A stretch of 64,000 nucleotides of DNA from Octopus bimaculoides (Eukaryota). The first letter of the stretch is position 1. Each line of letters starts with the position of its first letter. The DNA is taken from contig NC_069003.1 in assembly GCF_001194135.2 (NCBI RefSeq), positions 25,503,456-25,567,455 on the forward strand, written 5' to 3'. Under the pieces are notes generated by a model. That model was not told the origin of the DNA and did not search any database. It saw only the letters and a list, made by a program, of their open reading frames with translations. This document shows positions 1 to 13,400 of this stretch, one piece after another. Position numbers and translations under genes: made by a program.

Positions 1-110
1 TATATATATATATATATATATCACATTTTGAACCATGTACTATCTACAAATAACAAAACAGAAAAAATGTAATATTAGTCAGAAATAAACAGTAATTTGT
101 CATGACTTAC

Positions 111-185
111 TCTTCTGTAATCTTCTTTGACAAAATCAGCTTCTGCCATGGTCTCCAGTTCTTGCATCTGTTGAACAAGTTTCAC
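111..185 (-). CDS. DNAJC7: DNAJC7 exon
   Basis: taccag|GTG AAA ... AGA AGA|gtaagt; [25 protein letters not shown], 25 codons like the human segment [25 protein letters not shown]. Confidence 0.88.
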
Positions 186-3100
186 CTGGTAGAGAACACA
201 AAACGTTACTGAAAAAACATTGCTTGCAAGAGTGATTGGAGTACATCAAGTACAGACTGACTGAAGGAGAAGGGCAGGGTACCACATTTCCAAGAAAGCA
301 CAATACAACCATTTAGTGAGGTACCCGAGTTCACAGAAACAACCAAACCCAAATCAACAAAACTGAATTTAAATAGAATAAAATTTTAGAATACATATAA
401 CTCAGACTTACCTCCTTCATAGCCGTTGCATTTGTAGGATCAAGTTGTAATACAGCTTCATAACTCCTAAGTGCTGCACATGTGTCGCCCAACATCATGT
501 GACATTTGCCTTCTCGGAGATGGCCCTGTAAGGAAAAAAAAAAAAAATCAATACAAGAGATTGATTTGGCAGACACCCTTCCATCTGAACTGTCAACTGA
601 TCTACTAGTAATAGCAGCTGAATTACACTATCTTGAGTAAGAAAAGATACGTTGGATAATGTAGTACGAAAATAATCATACCTAAAAGAAATGTCACAAG
701 ATGGAATGCTTTTAATCATAGGTCTCAATCAGATACTACAAATAAGTTTTGATAACACAAGTAGTCATCATGTGTGTATGTGTGTGTGTATATATACTGT
801 GTATATCACATCACCATCATTTTGCATGCAAATTATGTACAGCCATACACCCTTCCTGTTGTCAACTTTCACCTGTCACAAAACAAGGTAAATATTTCCC
901 CATGGCCAGATGCGTTTTCATAGAAGATAGGAAACAAATAACACTGTTTGTACGACAGTGACAATCATTTTGTAGCACTCCATTGGTTACGACGAGGGTT
1001 CCAGCTGATCCAATCAATGGAACAGCCTGCTCGTGAAATTAACGTGCAAGTGGCTGAGCACTCCACGGATACATGAACCCTTAACGTAGTTCTCAGGGAG
1101 ATTCAATGTGACAGAGTGTGACAAGGCTGGCCCTTCAAAATACAGGTACAACAGAAACAGGAAGAAAGAGTGAGAGAAAGTTGTGGTGAAGGAGTAGAGC
1201 AGGGTTCGCCACCATCCCCTGCCGGAGCCTCGTGGAGCTTTAGGTGTCTTCGCTCAACAAACACTCACAACGTCTGGTCTGGGAATCAAAACCGCGATCC
1301 TACGACCGCGAGTACATTGCCCTAACCACTGGGCCATTGTACCTCCACGACAATCATTTACAACTATCAAGACAAGGATAAAGAAACACACAAGTACCAA
1401 ACCCACTGACAAGGCTTTGAACAGACTGAGACTGTTGTAGAAGACGCCCATGATGCTACACAGTGGGACTGAGTTCAAAACCATGTACAGTAATCCCTCA
1501 ACTATCGTGGATATTACATTCCAAAACCTCTTACAGAAATAATCAAAATCTAAAAAAATATAAATACCTATTGGCCAGTGAAACCTGTGATATACTGAGG
1601 AGTTTACATATATTAGCCAGAAAAATCCGCGATGAACTGAGAGTGCACCATACTGTGATATGGCAAGGAAGTTCTGTAGTTGGGAAGTGAACTCTTTACC
1701 ACACAGCCACACCTGAGACTATATATATATATATATATATGCATATATATAAATCTTTAGTTAAATATATTCAATGAGAATATTATATCCTGAATTTATA
1801 TTGAGTGCGCTATTGTATTAAAGTATTTATGTATTTAATACGAGCGATTTTGTATATTTTATAATATATATATATATATATATAGTGTCACATACATCTT
1901 CATAATTTATGACAGGCTAAGAAATCAAATATCTCCTTCAAGAAACAGTCACTAATGTGTTCAGTAGAATATATATCTTGATATTTTGGGGGTTAATTTT
2001 ATATTGCAAACTGTAAATGCTGGTTATAGATTTCCAAGGGAACACAGGATTTGTTGAGGGAGATTTTCTTTGGCTAGATATTCTTTCTGCTGCCAACCTT
2101 CATTTTCCCCTGGCAAAGACGTTTTCACAGAAGGCTGCAAACAACACCCCTTGCATGATCATGACACTGGCTCACAATCAGCATGCAATGTCAAGACAAG
2201 GGGACACATACACACACTGTTCCACCACCATCTACCTCATTCTCTCTCACTGTCCACTTCCAACAACTTCTCCACCCCAACTTCCACTCTCTCTCTCCTT
2301 CAGGGATTCTCAAGATACTAGCTGACAGACTAATGAACAGAGAGAGGAGGTGAAAAAAATTGGAATTTCAATAATTTTTCCCACATGATTAATTTTATAA
2401 CAGGAACCTGAAAAAAAGGTTACTTCCTATTCCCTCCCAACAGTTAGACACAATAAACACAGACTAGCATTGTTTGTACTTACTTTAAGAAAAGTATTAT
2501 CTAGTGATACAGCAGTCCTTGCATCAGCTAAGGCTTCTGGGTATTTCATCATCATAATGTAGGTAGCTGCTCGATTACCATAATAAGGAGCATGTGCTGG
2601 ACACAATCCTGTACAATGAAAAAAAAAAAAAAAAAAAACAATCAACTTATAAATTAACTGCTAATATTTGGTGTTCAGAATGTCTAATTATGTAAGACCC
2701 ATTTTCAGAAAGTCTTGTTCAACTTTCAAGTTTTACTGTTTGGAGGACAGATAATAAATACATATACAGACATTTTACATATAAACACTTAGTTTAAGAA
2801 TGAGGAAGTTGTTTTAACTGATCAATATCAGACACTCCCAACACTAATCTGTCACTAACCATTCATAACTGACCGAGAAAAGAAACATGCCTGGTGCAGT
2901 GTAGTCTAGGGCTGTGAAAAACAATGCCACTGGGACCAAATACATACCTGAGATCATGATCTATTTTCTATAGTTATTGATCAGTATATCCATACAGGAT
3001 GGTGTAGGACATTTTTTAATAATACACAAAAAAATAAGATAAATTCTATTCGGTGTCATTGCATGCCCAAGGTGGCATGCAGTAGGTATCGAACCCGGAA

Positions 3101-6100
3101 CCGTGTGGTTGGGAAGCAAGCTCCTTATCACACCTGCACCTATCAAATAACAAAATATTTATCTATTTTTCGTCTTTGGTCAATAAGTATTATTTTCTAT
3201 TTGTTTCTGTCTAGAAATGAACTGAAATCACTATTCCCTTCAAACTTACTTTTGTGACTGGGGCATCAATGTTTTCAAACTGACCCATTTTCCATTATAT
3301 TTCAGACAGATTCAGCGCTGAGTTGCTGAAGCAGAAATATTGTTATAGCAAATATTCTGCTCAATACCAGATTTGCTTGTCACTTGCTTGACCTTACCCA
3401 CTTGGGCATGTCTCTTAGTGGCTGACAATATATCCATATCTGATGATGAGCAGTAGTGGCGGAGCATCATAGCCATGTGTTGAGAGATTCTTTGGGGTTT
3501 GAATAAACGTAACAAAAGCAAAATTTGAAGGAAACATTAGCCATTTTACATACTTTCTAGGGGTAAGCAAATAGGAAATAACAGTTGCTACCCAAGGACA
3601 AAAATCAGGTTATAGTGTTATTACAGGATGACAAGTCTACTTATATTTTGTTGGAAAGAAGTCGACAACTGCCTCGATCTTCTTAAGATATTAGATCTTC
3701 CAAACAGTAAATAAATCGTTAAACTGTTTTCTTAAGGGTAGATTTAGGATTTAACATGACAGTTTTATACTCAGCATTTTCCAATACATGATTCTCACCA
3801 TACTGGTTGGAGGTTCTCATATGCTTCTAATATAAATCTAATAAATTTACAGGAAAGCAACCTTGGGCTTTGGACCCTTTCGACAGAAAGGTGAATGTTG
3901 AAAATTTTTTAGAAAGTTTTACTGGAATTGAAGAAACCTGAATGATGTAAAGAGTTTATATTTTGCTTTGCAAGTAAAAGATTTTGATGTGACAACATAC
4001 TGTCACCACGTAAGATGTACTAGTGATGATGCCCTATAAAAAGCACTAGTGATGGTGTCACGTAAAAGGTACCCAGTACACATTGAAATGGGTGGCATAA
4101 GGAAGGGCATCAAGCGGTAGAAACCAAACCCAAAAAAAAAGAATATGGAACTGGGTACAGCCCCAGTTTCTTTTTTCTTTACTGCCCACAAGGGGCTAAG
4201 CATAGAGGGGACAAACAAGGACAGACAAAGGGATTAAGTCGATTACATCGACCCCAGTGCGTAACTGGTACTTAATTTATCGACCCCGAAAGGATGAAAG
4301 GCAAAGTTGACCTTGGCGGAAGTTCAACTCAGAACGTAGCGACAGACAAAATACCGCTAAGCATTTCACACGGCATGCTAACGTTTCTGCCAGCTCACCG
4401 CCTTTCTGTCAAGTACAGCCCCAGTTTCTGTCAAGTCATTCAACCCATACCAACATGGAAAACCGATGTATGATGATGCTAATTCTTTCTCACTTTTGAT
4501 TCATTCCAAGAAAATGCATTGCACTTAGGCATTTGAAAATACAGCAACTCTGTGTGTTTGTGTGTGTGTCCATCTACACAATATTTGAGGAATAAAAGAT
4601 GCCCACCTATTTCAACAGAACAGAGGAAAAAGAGCACCAAGGATAAGAATAGCTTATGAGAAGCCTAACTTGACATAGACGAGCAGGAGGGGTTTTTGGG
4701 ATGTGCCATCAAATATGGTATATATTCTGAAATATTTCATTTCAAATCCACTGTTAGGCAAGAAAAATCCAAGTTAGGCAAGAAAACGCTAATCATCATC
4801 GTTTAATGTCCGCTTTCCATGCTAGCATGGGTTGGACGATTTGACTGAGGGCTGGTGAACCGGATGGCTGCACCAGGTTCCAATCTGATCTGGCAGAGTT
4901 TGTACAGCTGGATGATCTAATACACCATTAGACTCCACTTGACAAAACGAGTCCGAGGATAACAGTCAAAGTAGCAGGTTTGGAGCCATTAAGCTTTGCT
5001 AATCAGATAATATCACCAATTGTGATTGATCATTCTACAAATTCACACTACTCATAGAAAAAAAAAAACATTAAAACAATTGAAGGCATATTTTTTAGAC
5101 ATGCACAGCTCACTTCTTTTGCCAATAAACTAACATTGCAATTACAATTACAACTGAAAGTTAGACAAGCAAACAGGCAAGAGAAGGAAAGGAAGTTTGC
5201 TTTTATTGATGCAATGTATTTATAGACAACTACAATGGGGGAAGCATTGGCATGGCAATTCAACCTGCTAAAAATAGCAGCAAGACATCTTTCAAATTAC
5301 ATACACTCCATGGTCTTGAAAATAGACACATTAAGTAATGTGGTACCAGACATAGTATGTATCCAAGAGATAGGCAAGATGGCCTTGCCTGGAATGCTTT
5401 TAATACAACAATACTCAAATAATACTTGATTCTGTTACTACACTAAACTGATACAGTCCCAGTGGAATCGCCAGTAACCCCCTACTACAGTCAAACAACC
5501 GGCTGTACATTAAGCAACCAAAATAATGCTACAACAGTATCAAAGATAAAAAAATAAGAGGAGCAGGGTATATATAGCATTGCTGTTCTAAATATGTAAC
5601 AAACTCAGACAATATGATGTAGCACTTTTATTTTTTTGTTGAAATCTCAATGTAAATAAATCTCATTGAAACACTCAGCTAGAAGGCAAATACACAACTC
5701 ATATTTTCTGTTACCAAAAATAGCTGCTTAGTAACATCAGAGAGGAAGTTGCTTCAAGTGCTACTAATAATGAAAATAACAAGCACACAGACAGAGCTTA
5801 GATTCTGAATAGTCTATCTACTTCACTACCTTAGTCCTCTGATTGTGCTAGAGTTAGCAGACTTTCGTTACAATACTATCAGAATTAGCAATAATCACAT
5901 TGGCAATAAAAATAAATCCTGGCACCTTAGAACTTCAATATATTCTCAAGTATACCTGAGGCAATGCTTCTAAACATACCATCAGTTTCACATTAGCGGT
6001 TTTGGCTTTGGAGATGCAACATGTCCATTTATATTGATGTATCCACTTGTGGAATGGAATTAAGGACTCTTAGTGCACCTTACGTTTTGGTGCCTCGAAA

Positions 6101-7066
6101 GTCAGACCTAGTCTGATCAATGTTTGCAGTACCAATTTCAAAAATGGCATTAGTTTTGCCCTATCAACTCTAATTAAGGATGTGTACTTTTGATAAAAAA
6201 AAAATGACAATATTAATGCTTTAATATTAAAGCAGCTGAATATCACTAAATAAGTCTATTTCAACACAAAAGCTTAAGATCAAAAATATGCCTGCTACTT
6301 GTGCAGTAAATTCCCAGAACTGCGTGAAGAACTTTTGACAGTCTCTTGAGATATAAGAGAGCACATGAAAGAGCCACCTGGATGTGTGAACATGGTAAAG
6401 TTTTGGTACTTGTACCTTTCTCAAAGGTACCAGGCTAAAAGAAACTGCAGCTTGGATTAGGAATTGAAACTAGACTGCAGATTCAGTTTACCAAGAATTT
6501 ATTACAACACTAACTATTTCCTGTCATCACAATAATGATTTCATCCTGCAGTCATAAAAATTTATAAGTTAAAAAGTTTACCCACAGTAAAACAAGTGGT
6601 CATCGTTTTATACATCTAAGATTTTTTTTTTAACAAGAAACAAAGACGTAACTAATGTAAGCTCAACATTCTATTATTTCTCTCAATTCAGTCACAACAA
6701 CAATTATCTTTTTTTTTTTCAATAGTCCAAGACCAATATTTAGTATAAGAGCTGCAGAATCGGCTCAACTCCAGATTATTACAAATTCTATTATCAACCC
6801 AGAACATTTTTACGAAAATAATTGTCATAATATGAGAGTATAAAAGATAAACGTGATGCAACCCTAACTCTCTCAGGAGACTGCAAAGCTATAGAGTGTG
6901 ATCTTGTTCCCATAAGCTGCTACTGATGAGAAAAAGCATGTAGAATGTAGTCTACTCACGTATAGCATCTTCATAACAACGCAGGGCATCAATGTAAGCA
7001 GCAGATTTAAAAAACTGATTTCCCTCTTCTTTCTTCCTCTCTGCAATGTCAGCTGTGGCTTCTTTC
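111..7066 (-). CDS. DNAJC7: DnaJ homolog subfamily C member 7 (TPR co-chaperone), partial, joined exons 6960-7066, 2484-2608, 412-525, 111-185
   Basis: Four GT-AG exons splice in frame to [140 protein letters not shown]. This is collinear with the remembered human DNAJC7 N-terminal TPRs ([31 protein letters not shown]). Gene continues beyond position 1; start exon not identified. Confidence 0.92.
412..525 (-). CDS. DNAJC7: DNAJC7 exon
   Basis: ttacag|GGC CAT ... AAG GAG|gtaagt; [38 protein letters not shown]. Confidence 0.92.
971..1348 (-). mobile_element. Young tRNA-derived SINE (family A), full length
   Basis: A/B-box-like head (ggcccagtggttagggca ... cgcggttttgattccc); 11-bp TSD gacaatcattt at 960-970 and 1349-1359; near-identical to copies at 57660 and 61813. 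Confidence 0.85.
2484..2608 (-). CDS. DNAJC7: DNAJC7 exon
   Basis: gtacag|GA TTG TGT ... CTT AAA|gtaagt; [41 protein letters not shown]. Confidence 0.92.
3150..3605. mobile_element. MITE-like element with long imperfect terminal inverted repeats
   Basis: The about 100-bp arms are complementary; an inverted second copy lies at about 33090-33560. Confidence 0.7.
5310..5400 (+). mobile_element. Possible LINE endonuclease remnant
   Basis: LKIDTLSNVVPDIVCIQE resembles the APE motif PDIxCxQE; short match only. Confidence 0.3.
6960..7066 (-). CDS. DNAJC7: DNAJC7 exon (TPR1 helix A)
   Basis: ttttag|G AAA GAA ... ATA C|gtgagt; [35 protein letters not shown]; phases 2 to 1. Confidence 0.88.
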
Positions 7067-8974
7067 CTAAAATGGAATCCAACCAGAAAAATAATTTAAA
7101 TACAACTGGAATAGTAATAATGGATGCAAAGGTTTGAGGTTGATCTGCACATCATACAGATAATAAAGCATGCTCTCTGGAAGGATTTGAGAAAAAGTAC
7201 AAAGAGGTCAATTAGAAAAAAACAAAACCTTTTAATAATAATTTTGGTTGAATTTAATTTAATAATCTTTTCTTGTACAAGGACAATACCACTAATGGAG
7301 GTGGAGGTTATCAAATCACACTCCAGTACTCAAGATTTGAATGCAAAAAGCCAGAGACACTACCAATTCTAGTGATCTATCACTTAGAATATAATATACT
7401 AATGACAAAAGTACTAAATCAAAGAAAAAAAAACAATTTGTGAGTAATATACACTTCTCAACACCAATTTTAAATTAAGGGTTTCCTTATAAAAGATAAC
7501 TAAATGCTCCCCATTTTTTTTCTTTCCATTAAGGATCTAAATCTTCAGGTTCTACAAAATTAAATATGAAACATTTTTCTTATTTTCTAAAAATTGTCTC
7601 AGTTTAAGATTCTGATAAAAAAAAAAAGAATTATTTTAAATTGCAAAGCTATTTTCTTTGAACCAATAAAATAATTTGTGGTTGAGTTTTGGAATATGTA
7701 ATAGGTCATAATTTTTACTTGGAAAATTTCAGCAGAAAATTTAACAGAAGATCAGAATAAAAATTTATGTGACAAGAAAATGCACGTTACATTAAATTAC
7801 AAAAAAATTTATTTGTAGTCTTGTAATCTGTTTCGAATAGATCTTTTATTTATGCATGACTTGAAGAGTTACTCAACTAAAGAAGAGCCGGGTGTGATTT
7901 GAGGGACAATTGGATGCTATTTCTAACATATTTTGGCAGCCATGTAAAGATTTCCCATACATACACAAAAACAGGTGTTGAGGGAAAAATTGTTAAGTAC
8001 ACCACATCTGTAGATCTAATTCCACACCACTTCTTTCACTATATATATAGTGCATACATGTAATGTACATCATTTAATGTCCATTTTCCATGCTGGCATA
8101 GGTTGTGTGGTCTGACCAGGGCTGTCAAGCTGGAAGATTGCACCAGACTCTAGTCTGATTTGCCATTATTTCTACGGCTGGATGCCCTTCCTAAAGCCAT
8201 GTATAAATGTGTGCATAAGTATGCACATATGGAGATGTATATATGATCGTACATAGATCTTTATAAATGTACACACACACATATGCACACCCATTGTTTT
8301 AATATTCACTTTTTATGCTTCCATGAAACAGCTAGAATTCATTAAAAAATTTTCTACAGCAGGATGCCCTTCTTTTTACTTACTCTCACCTGCCTTTCAA
8401 GTAAGGTAATATTTCACTTTAGCCAGGCAGATTTTCATGGAAGATTGGAAGCAAAAAAAAAACAAAAAAACCCCCACTGCTTTCATAAGAAAGGTCAACA
8501 CATAGAAACACATATGCACACAATGAGCTGCTTTCAGTCTCCACCAACTTGGGATGGCCCATCGTTATAGTAAAAGTCATTTACCCAAGGTTCCAAAGGG
8601 GCTGAACCCTAAATCACATGATGGGGAAGCAAACATCTTAAAGAATCAGGCTATGCCTATAGAAATGAAGAGCTGCTTATAGCACCTACGTCTTCCAAGT
8701 GATCACTCACCTAAATGCTAATTAGGTTCAACACACACAGATAGCTATAGATAGGATTCATTTAACATTGATTTTTTTTTTCCATGCTTGTATAGTTTGA
8801 ACAAGAACTGATATTTAGACTGGATTTTATGGACAGCTGCTCTTCCTCTGCTATTTCACAAGTTTTTGAAGTGCAGAGCAAACAGATCATAGAATCAACA
8901 TCAGCACTGCTCTGGTCAAATGGTAACATATGAAATATCAGCATTTACACAGACACAAATGCAGTTTCTAACTA

Positions 8975-9870
8975 CCAAATTCCTTCATAGCAGTGAAACA
9001 TGGGCTGTGATAGCTGAAGACATGCATAGGCTTGAAAGAAATGAAGCGAGTATGCTTTGCTGGATGTGCAATGTCAATGTGCATGTACAACACAGTGTAA
9101 GCATCTTGAGAGAAAAGTTGGGCCTAAGAGGCAACAGATGTGGTGTACAAGAGAGACGACTGTGCTGGTATGGTCATGTGATGTGTATGGACGAGGACAG
9201 TTGTATAAAGTGCCAATCTCTACTTTGTCGAGAGAACCTGTGGAAGAGGTAAACCCAAGAAGACTCGAGATAAGGTGGTGAAGCATGATCTTCAAACAGG
9301 CCTTTGGCGATATGTCATGCTTGAGAAGACCCGTCAAGCTAAATGAAATCATAGTCATGGCCAATGCCAGTGTCACGTAATTGGCACTCATGCTGGTGGC
9401 ATGTAAAAAGCACCTTTCGAGCGTTGGGCGTCTCAGGGGCATCTGGCACCTGTGCTGGTGGCATATAAAATATAACTGTTGAGTGTTGGACCTCGCAGAG
9501 GCAATGTGGATGATACCAGTGTTGTGTAAATAGCACCTGTGCTGGTGGCATGTAAGAAGCACCTTTCAAGCGTTGGGCCTCATGGAGGCAATGAGAAATG
9601 ACCAAGACCTTTGGCAATATGCCATGCTTGAGAAGACCCATCAAACCAAGTGAAATCATAGTCGTGGTGGATACTGGTGTCACGCAACAAACACCCATGC
9701 CGGTGTCACATAAAAGCACCCATTTCACTCTTGGAGTGGTTGGTGTTAGGAAGGGCATCCAGCCATAGAAACCATGCCAAATCAGACTGGAGTCTGGTGC
9801 AGTCCCTCAGCTTACTAGCCCTGGTCAAACTGTCTAACCTATTCCAGCATGGACAATGGATATTAAAAGA
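8975..9870 (+). mobile_element. 5'-truncated RTE-clade LINE: ORF2 C-terminus plus 3' UTR
   Basis: LHSSETWAV...RLERNEASMLCWMCNV...RRLCWYGHV is typical of the RTE ORF2 C-terminus; followed by tggtggca-taaaaagcacc repeat units. Confidence 0.8.
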
Positions 9871-9943
9871 AATATGTTATGTGTGCACACACACATGATA
9901 CACAAGTGTGTTCATGTGCATGAGTATATATATTACATACATA

Positions 9944-10470
9944 CTAGCAGTAATACCCATCATGAATCAGGTAATTACTTTTACTGTTTCTCAGGCTGAG
10001 AAGCTAGAAAAATGGGTATATCATATAGAAGAATAGCTTTACAGAATCCAGGTGACTGCGATGGCACCGAAAAGGCTACAGGTCAAGTGGGATGTCCATT
10101 TGTTCCTTTTAACGTTTGAATAGGCAGTATGTATGTATTATATAAGAGAAAAACATAATTGAAGTAGGAAAAAAGATGGATTTCATATACAAACTTCTGT
10201 TCTTCAAGTTGCAATCCAGCAACTTTTAGTATTTGGCCCTGGGTGTTATTAATGCTCATGGCAAAAGAAAGTGGGATAAGAAACTGTAACAGCTTAAATT
10301 GGAATGGGACATTAGATGGTATAAGTGGTATGAAGGCTGTGTCACTTTTACCACAACCAGTGAGAATATTTGCCTCAATGCAGTTCCTCATAGATTTGTG
10401 CACAATTAGTGTTGTACCACTGCATAATTTTGTATGCTTGTATGTTTCATTTGGCCTGGCTTCTACAACT
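9944..10470 (-). mobile_element. Helitron remnant: Pif1-like helicase C-terminus and 3' CTAG end
   Basis: KLCSGTTLIVHKSMRNCIEANILTGCGKSDTAFIPLIPSNVPFQFKLLQFLIPLSFAMSINNTQGQILKVAGL resembles Helitron helicase (FxRxQFPxxLAFAMTINKAQGQ); ends with a weak hairpin then tactgCTAG|t at 9944. Confidence 0.8.
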
Positions 10471-13400
10471 AGATGCTTTTCCTATCACCAACAACTTAAT
10501 ATCATTTACTGGATGCAGTCCTTGATGAGATGGGACTCAAGTCTCATCACAACCCTACACTTTCTTTGCTCATTTGCCAACCACCTTACAGTGTGTTCTG
10601 GAAGTATTTTTCATGACACCAACACAAAAGAAGTTTTGTATTATGTGTGTGACATCTACAGACAGAAAGGTTTATGCAGATGATGGTACTTACAACGTTA
10701 GTTGTGTTTCAAGTTTCCCCTCTACCTGTATCTCTAACATTTTAAAAAATTCTTTTCTAAAAATGTTTTTGATTTGAATATTTGAAATATTGAAGAATTT
10801 ATTTTGTATCATGTTTATATACTTATTTTTGTAAAGTTCTGAAGATGAATAGTTGCAGACTAGAAATTACATCTATACGTTTTTATCAGCCTGTTCTTCA
10901 GTGGTTACACATTTATCCTCTTACACTGAGATGTATCTCTAATTTGGGATTTGAACAAAGAGCAACATGGTTAAGAGCTTCAAAATCAAGTGCTGACAAG
11001 AAAGCTTTAAGTCTGGACATTGCTAAAGTATGTGAAAATTAAATAAGGCACTTAAATGAGGACGGGGTTAGGATGCTGAACGTAAGGCTGACTGTATGGT
11101 TTTTATTTCATATCTTATAGACAGCATTGTATTGTGACCAGGAGCCACGAATAATTTAGCAACAGGAAGATCAGTAAAAGTAATTGCTACAAGAACCATT
11201 CCAACCATGCAAACAAAAATCTATCTTGAAAAGGTTCCAAGTTTGGCGCCAGCGTTCTAACAAATGAGTGGTTTGTGGTGTCTGCATAGATCTTCAACTT
11301 TGCTATATTCCCGTTTTTCCCTACCGAAAGGAATTGAACAGGTTTTCTGAAGCAGTAGCTTGGTGTCCAGGTCGCTAGCACTTTAGTCGCCTTTAACACC
11401 AGAACGCAGTGCCCCTATTCTAAAACCAGGATCCATACCAAAGAGATCACTGAGTCAGCACTGACTTCATTGTCTGAATTCAGATGTTTCACCTTGAGAG
11501 TAGGAAATTTAACATAAGAAACAATGGTAACTATGAAAAATGGCTGCTATTATTTACAGCAGTGAATAAATGATATATAACCATGTCACGGGATCTATAT
11601 AATCAACCTACCTCGCTTTACTGAACAAATAGTACAGAATTAACATTATATTCACCGACACACGAAATACTTAAACGGGGAGGGTCAAAGAATAATTATG
11701 AAGCCTTCACTGTGATGGAACACAGGGGAAGATGCGACATTTATGCCTTCCAAACAGCACCAACAGGAAGAAAAAAAATCCGTACGTCGGTAGGTTTAAA
11801 ATGCTCTTGTTTATTGATTCAAAAACAAGAGTTCAAACAATGCCTATAATTGTAAATCAATGAGAGTGGAATCTACTACTTCAACCGAACTGTGTCGAAT
11901 GATGAAATAATAAGTCTATACAGAATGAGACACATCGTCAAAAGTGGTGGTGAGAATATATATATATATATAAAGAATATGAAGGATTTAATTCACTGAT
12001 GATCTAAACCAATAGGTACGCCACAAACGTACTTATAATTGGTCATCAGTTAGGTTTCTAGTTCACAGTCGAGTCTGGCGCTAGGGATCTGTAGTAGACT
12101 TCCGAGTCGGCAGATATATATTAAAGGAAAAGTAAACAAAACCTTTTCCTTATATATATATATATATATATGCATACATACATATATACATATAAGTTTA
12201 TGTATATATTATTATCTCAGTTTTAAAAAAAGCTTTGACAATGTAAATATATTAATAGTTACCATGGGTAGCAAAGATTACACAAAAAAAAAACAGGATA
12301 TCACACCCGTTTTATAGGTAGAGATACCAAGTTGAAGTGATGCATTTTGAGTAGATATGAATAATAACAATAAATGGAGCAAAACGCATATAAATAAAAG
12401 GGACTTTTATCTATATGCGTTTTGCTCCATTCATTGTTATTATTCATATATATATATATTCTAAACACAAAATAGCTCTTTTAAAAAATTCTTTAAAATC
12501 GCTAATGTTACATTTCCTAATAGCCACAAGCTATTTAAGGATTGTTGATTAAGAAAATCTTTTGCTGAAAGGCATTCCAATCAGCACAAAACCAGTTTAT
12601 CCAGACACGGTTTAACTAGAAATACTTAAATGGGAACTTCCGTGTGGGGCGTGCCTTAAAGGAGATTTGGTAGAATGATCCTTCGTTGGCTAAGGATTAA
12701 GGACCGATTACAATATGCTAACCAGAGAGTTGAGCGCGTCAGCTAAATTAAAGGGGAGTATTTAAATTGGGTAAATATTTAACGAAGTTGATTTCTTACA
12801 GCCAGCCAACCAACCACAGCCACTCAACCATTTTCATTTCTAAAAATACGGACAAGGTTACTTAGTTACTACAATACGATTGAAACTATCCAAATTCTGA
12901 TTTAACAAGTAGGAAAAGATCAAGACTAAACCACAACTGCAATAACAAACCTAAGTTGAGAACGATAATGTTTTTTATTAATTAAATGATTAAATAAATG
13001 TTTGAAGAGTGCGATATAACGTTTAGGAAGGGGAGATAACCGAGTGGTCCTGGCAGAGAGCTTCTAGCAACTTCCATTTTGGACTGTGTATGTGTATATG
13101 TGTGTGTGTGTGTGAGTGAGTACGTGTATATGTATATACTGTAATCGTGTGTATAAGTAAAACATATGTGTTTATAGCATATATGTGTATATAAAAGTGT
13201 ATGCATTGGGGATATTTCGTTTTCTTTCTACAAAATAGCTTCGTATGTTGTTCATTAGTCCAGATCCGAGCAGATTTATATTAAAGCTGTCCCAACAGTG
13301 ACCATACCGTCTTTTTAGGACTAGAAATGCCTGTCTATTTATTTATTTATTAATTTTTTTTTCAATGACAGAAGGGAGAAGGACTAAAATGTATGACTAT

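Noticed and set aside
8762-8944. ORF (SADVDSMICLL...EEEQLS) as the DNAJC7 first coding exon
   Set aside because: No GT donor in the required phase 2, and similarity to the DNAJC7 N-terminus is weak.
11187-11399. 70-aa minus-strand ORF near the DNAJC7 5' region
   Set aside because: TTG start, no recognisable domain, and no in-frame splice route to DNAJC7.
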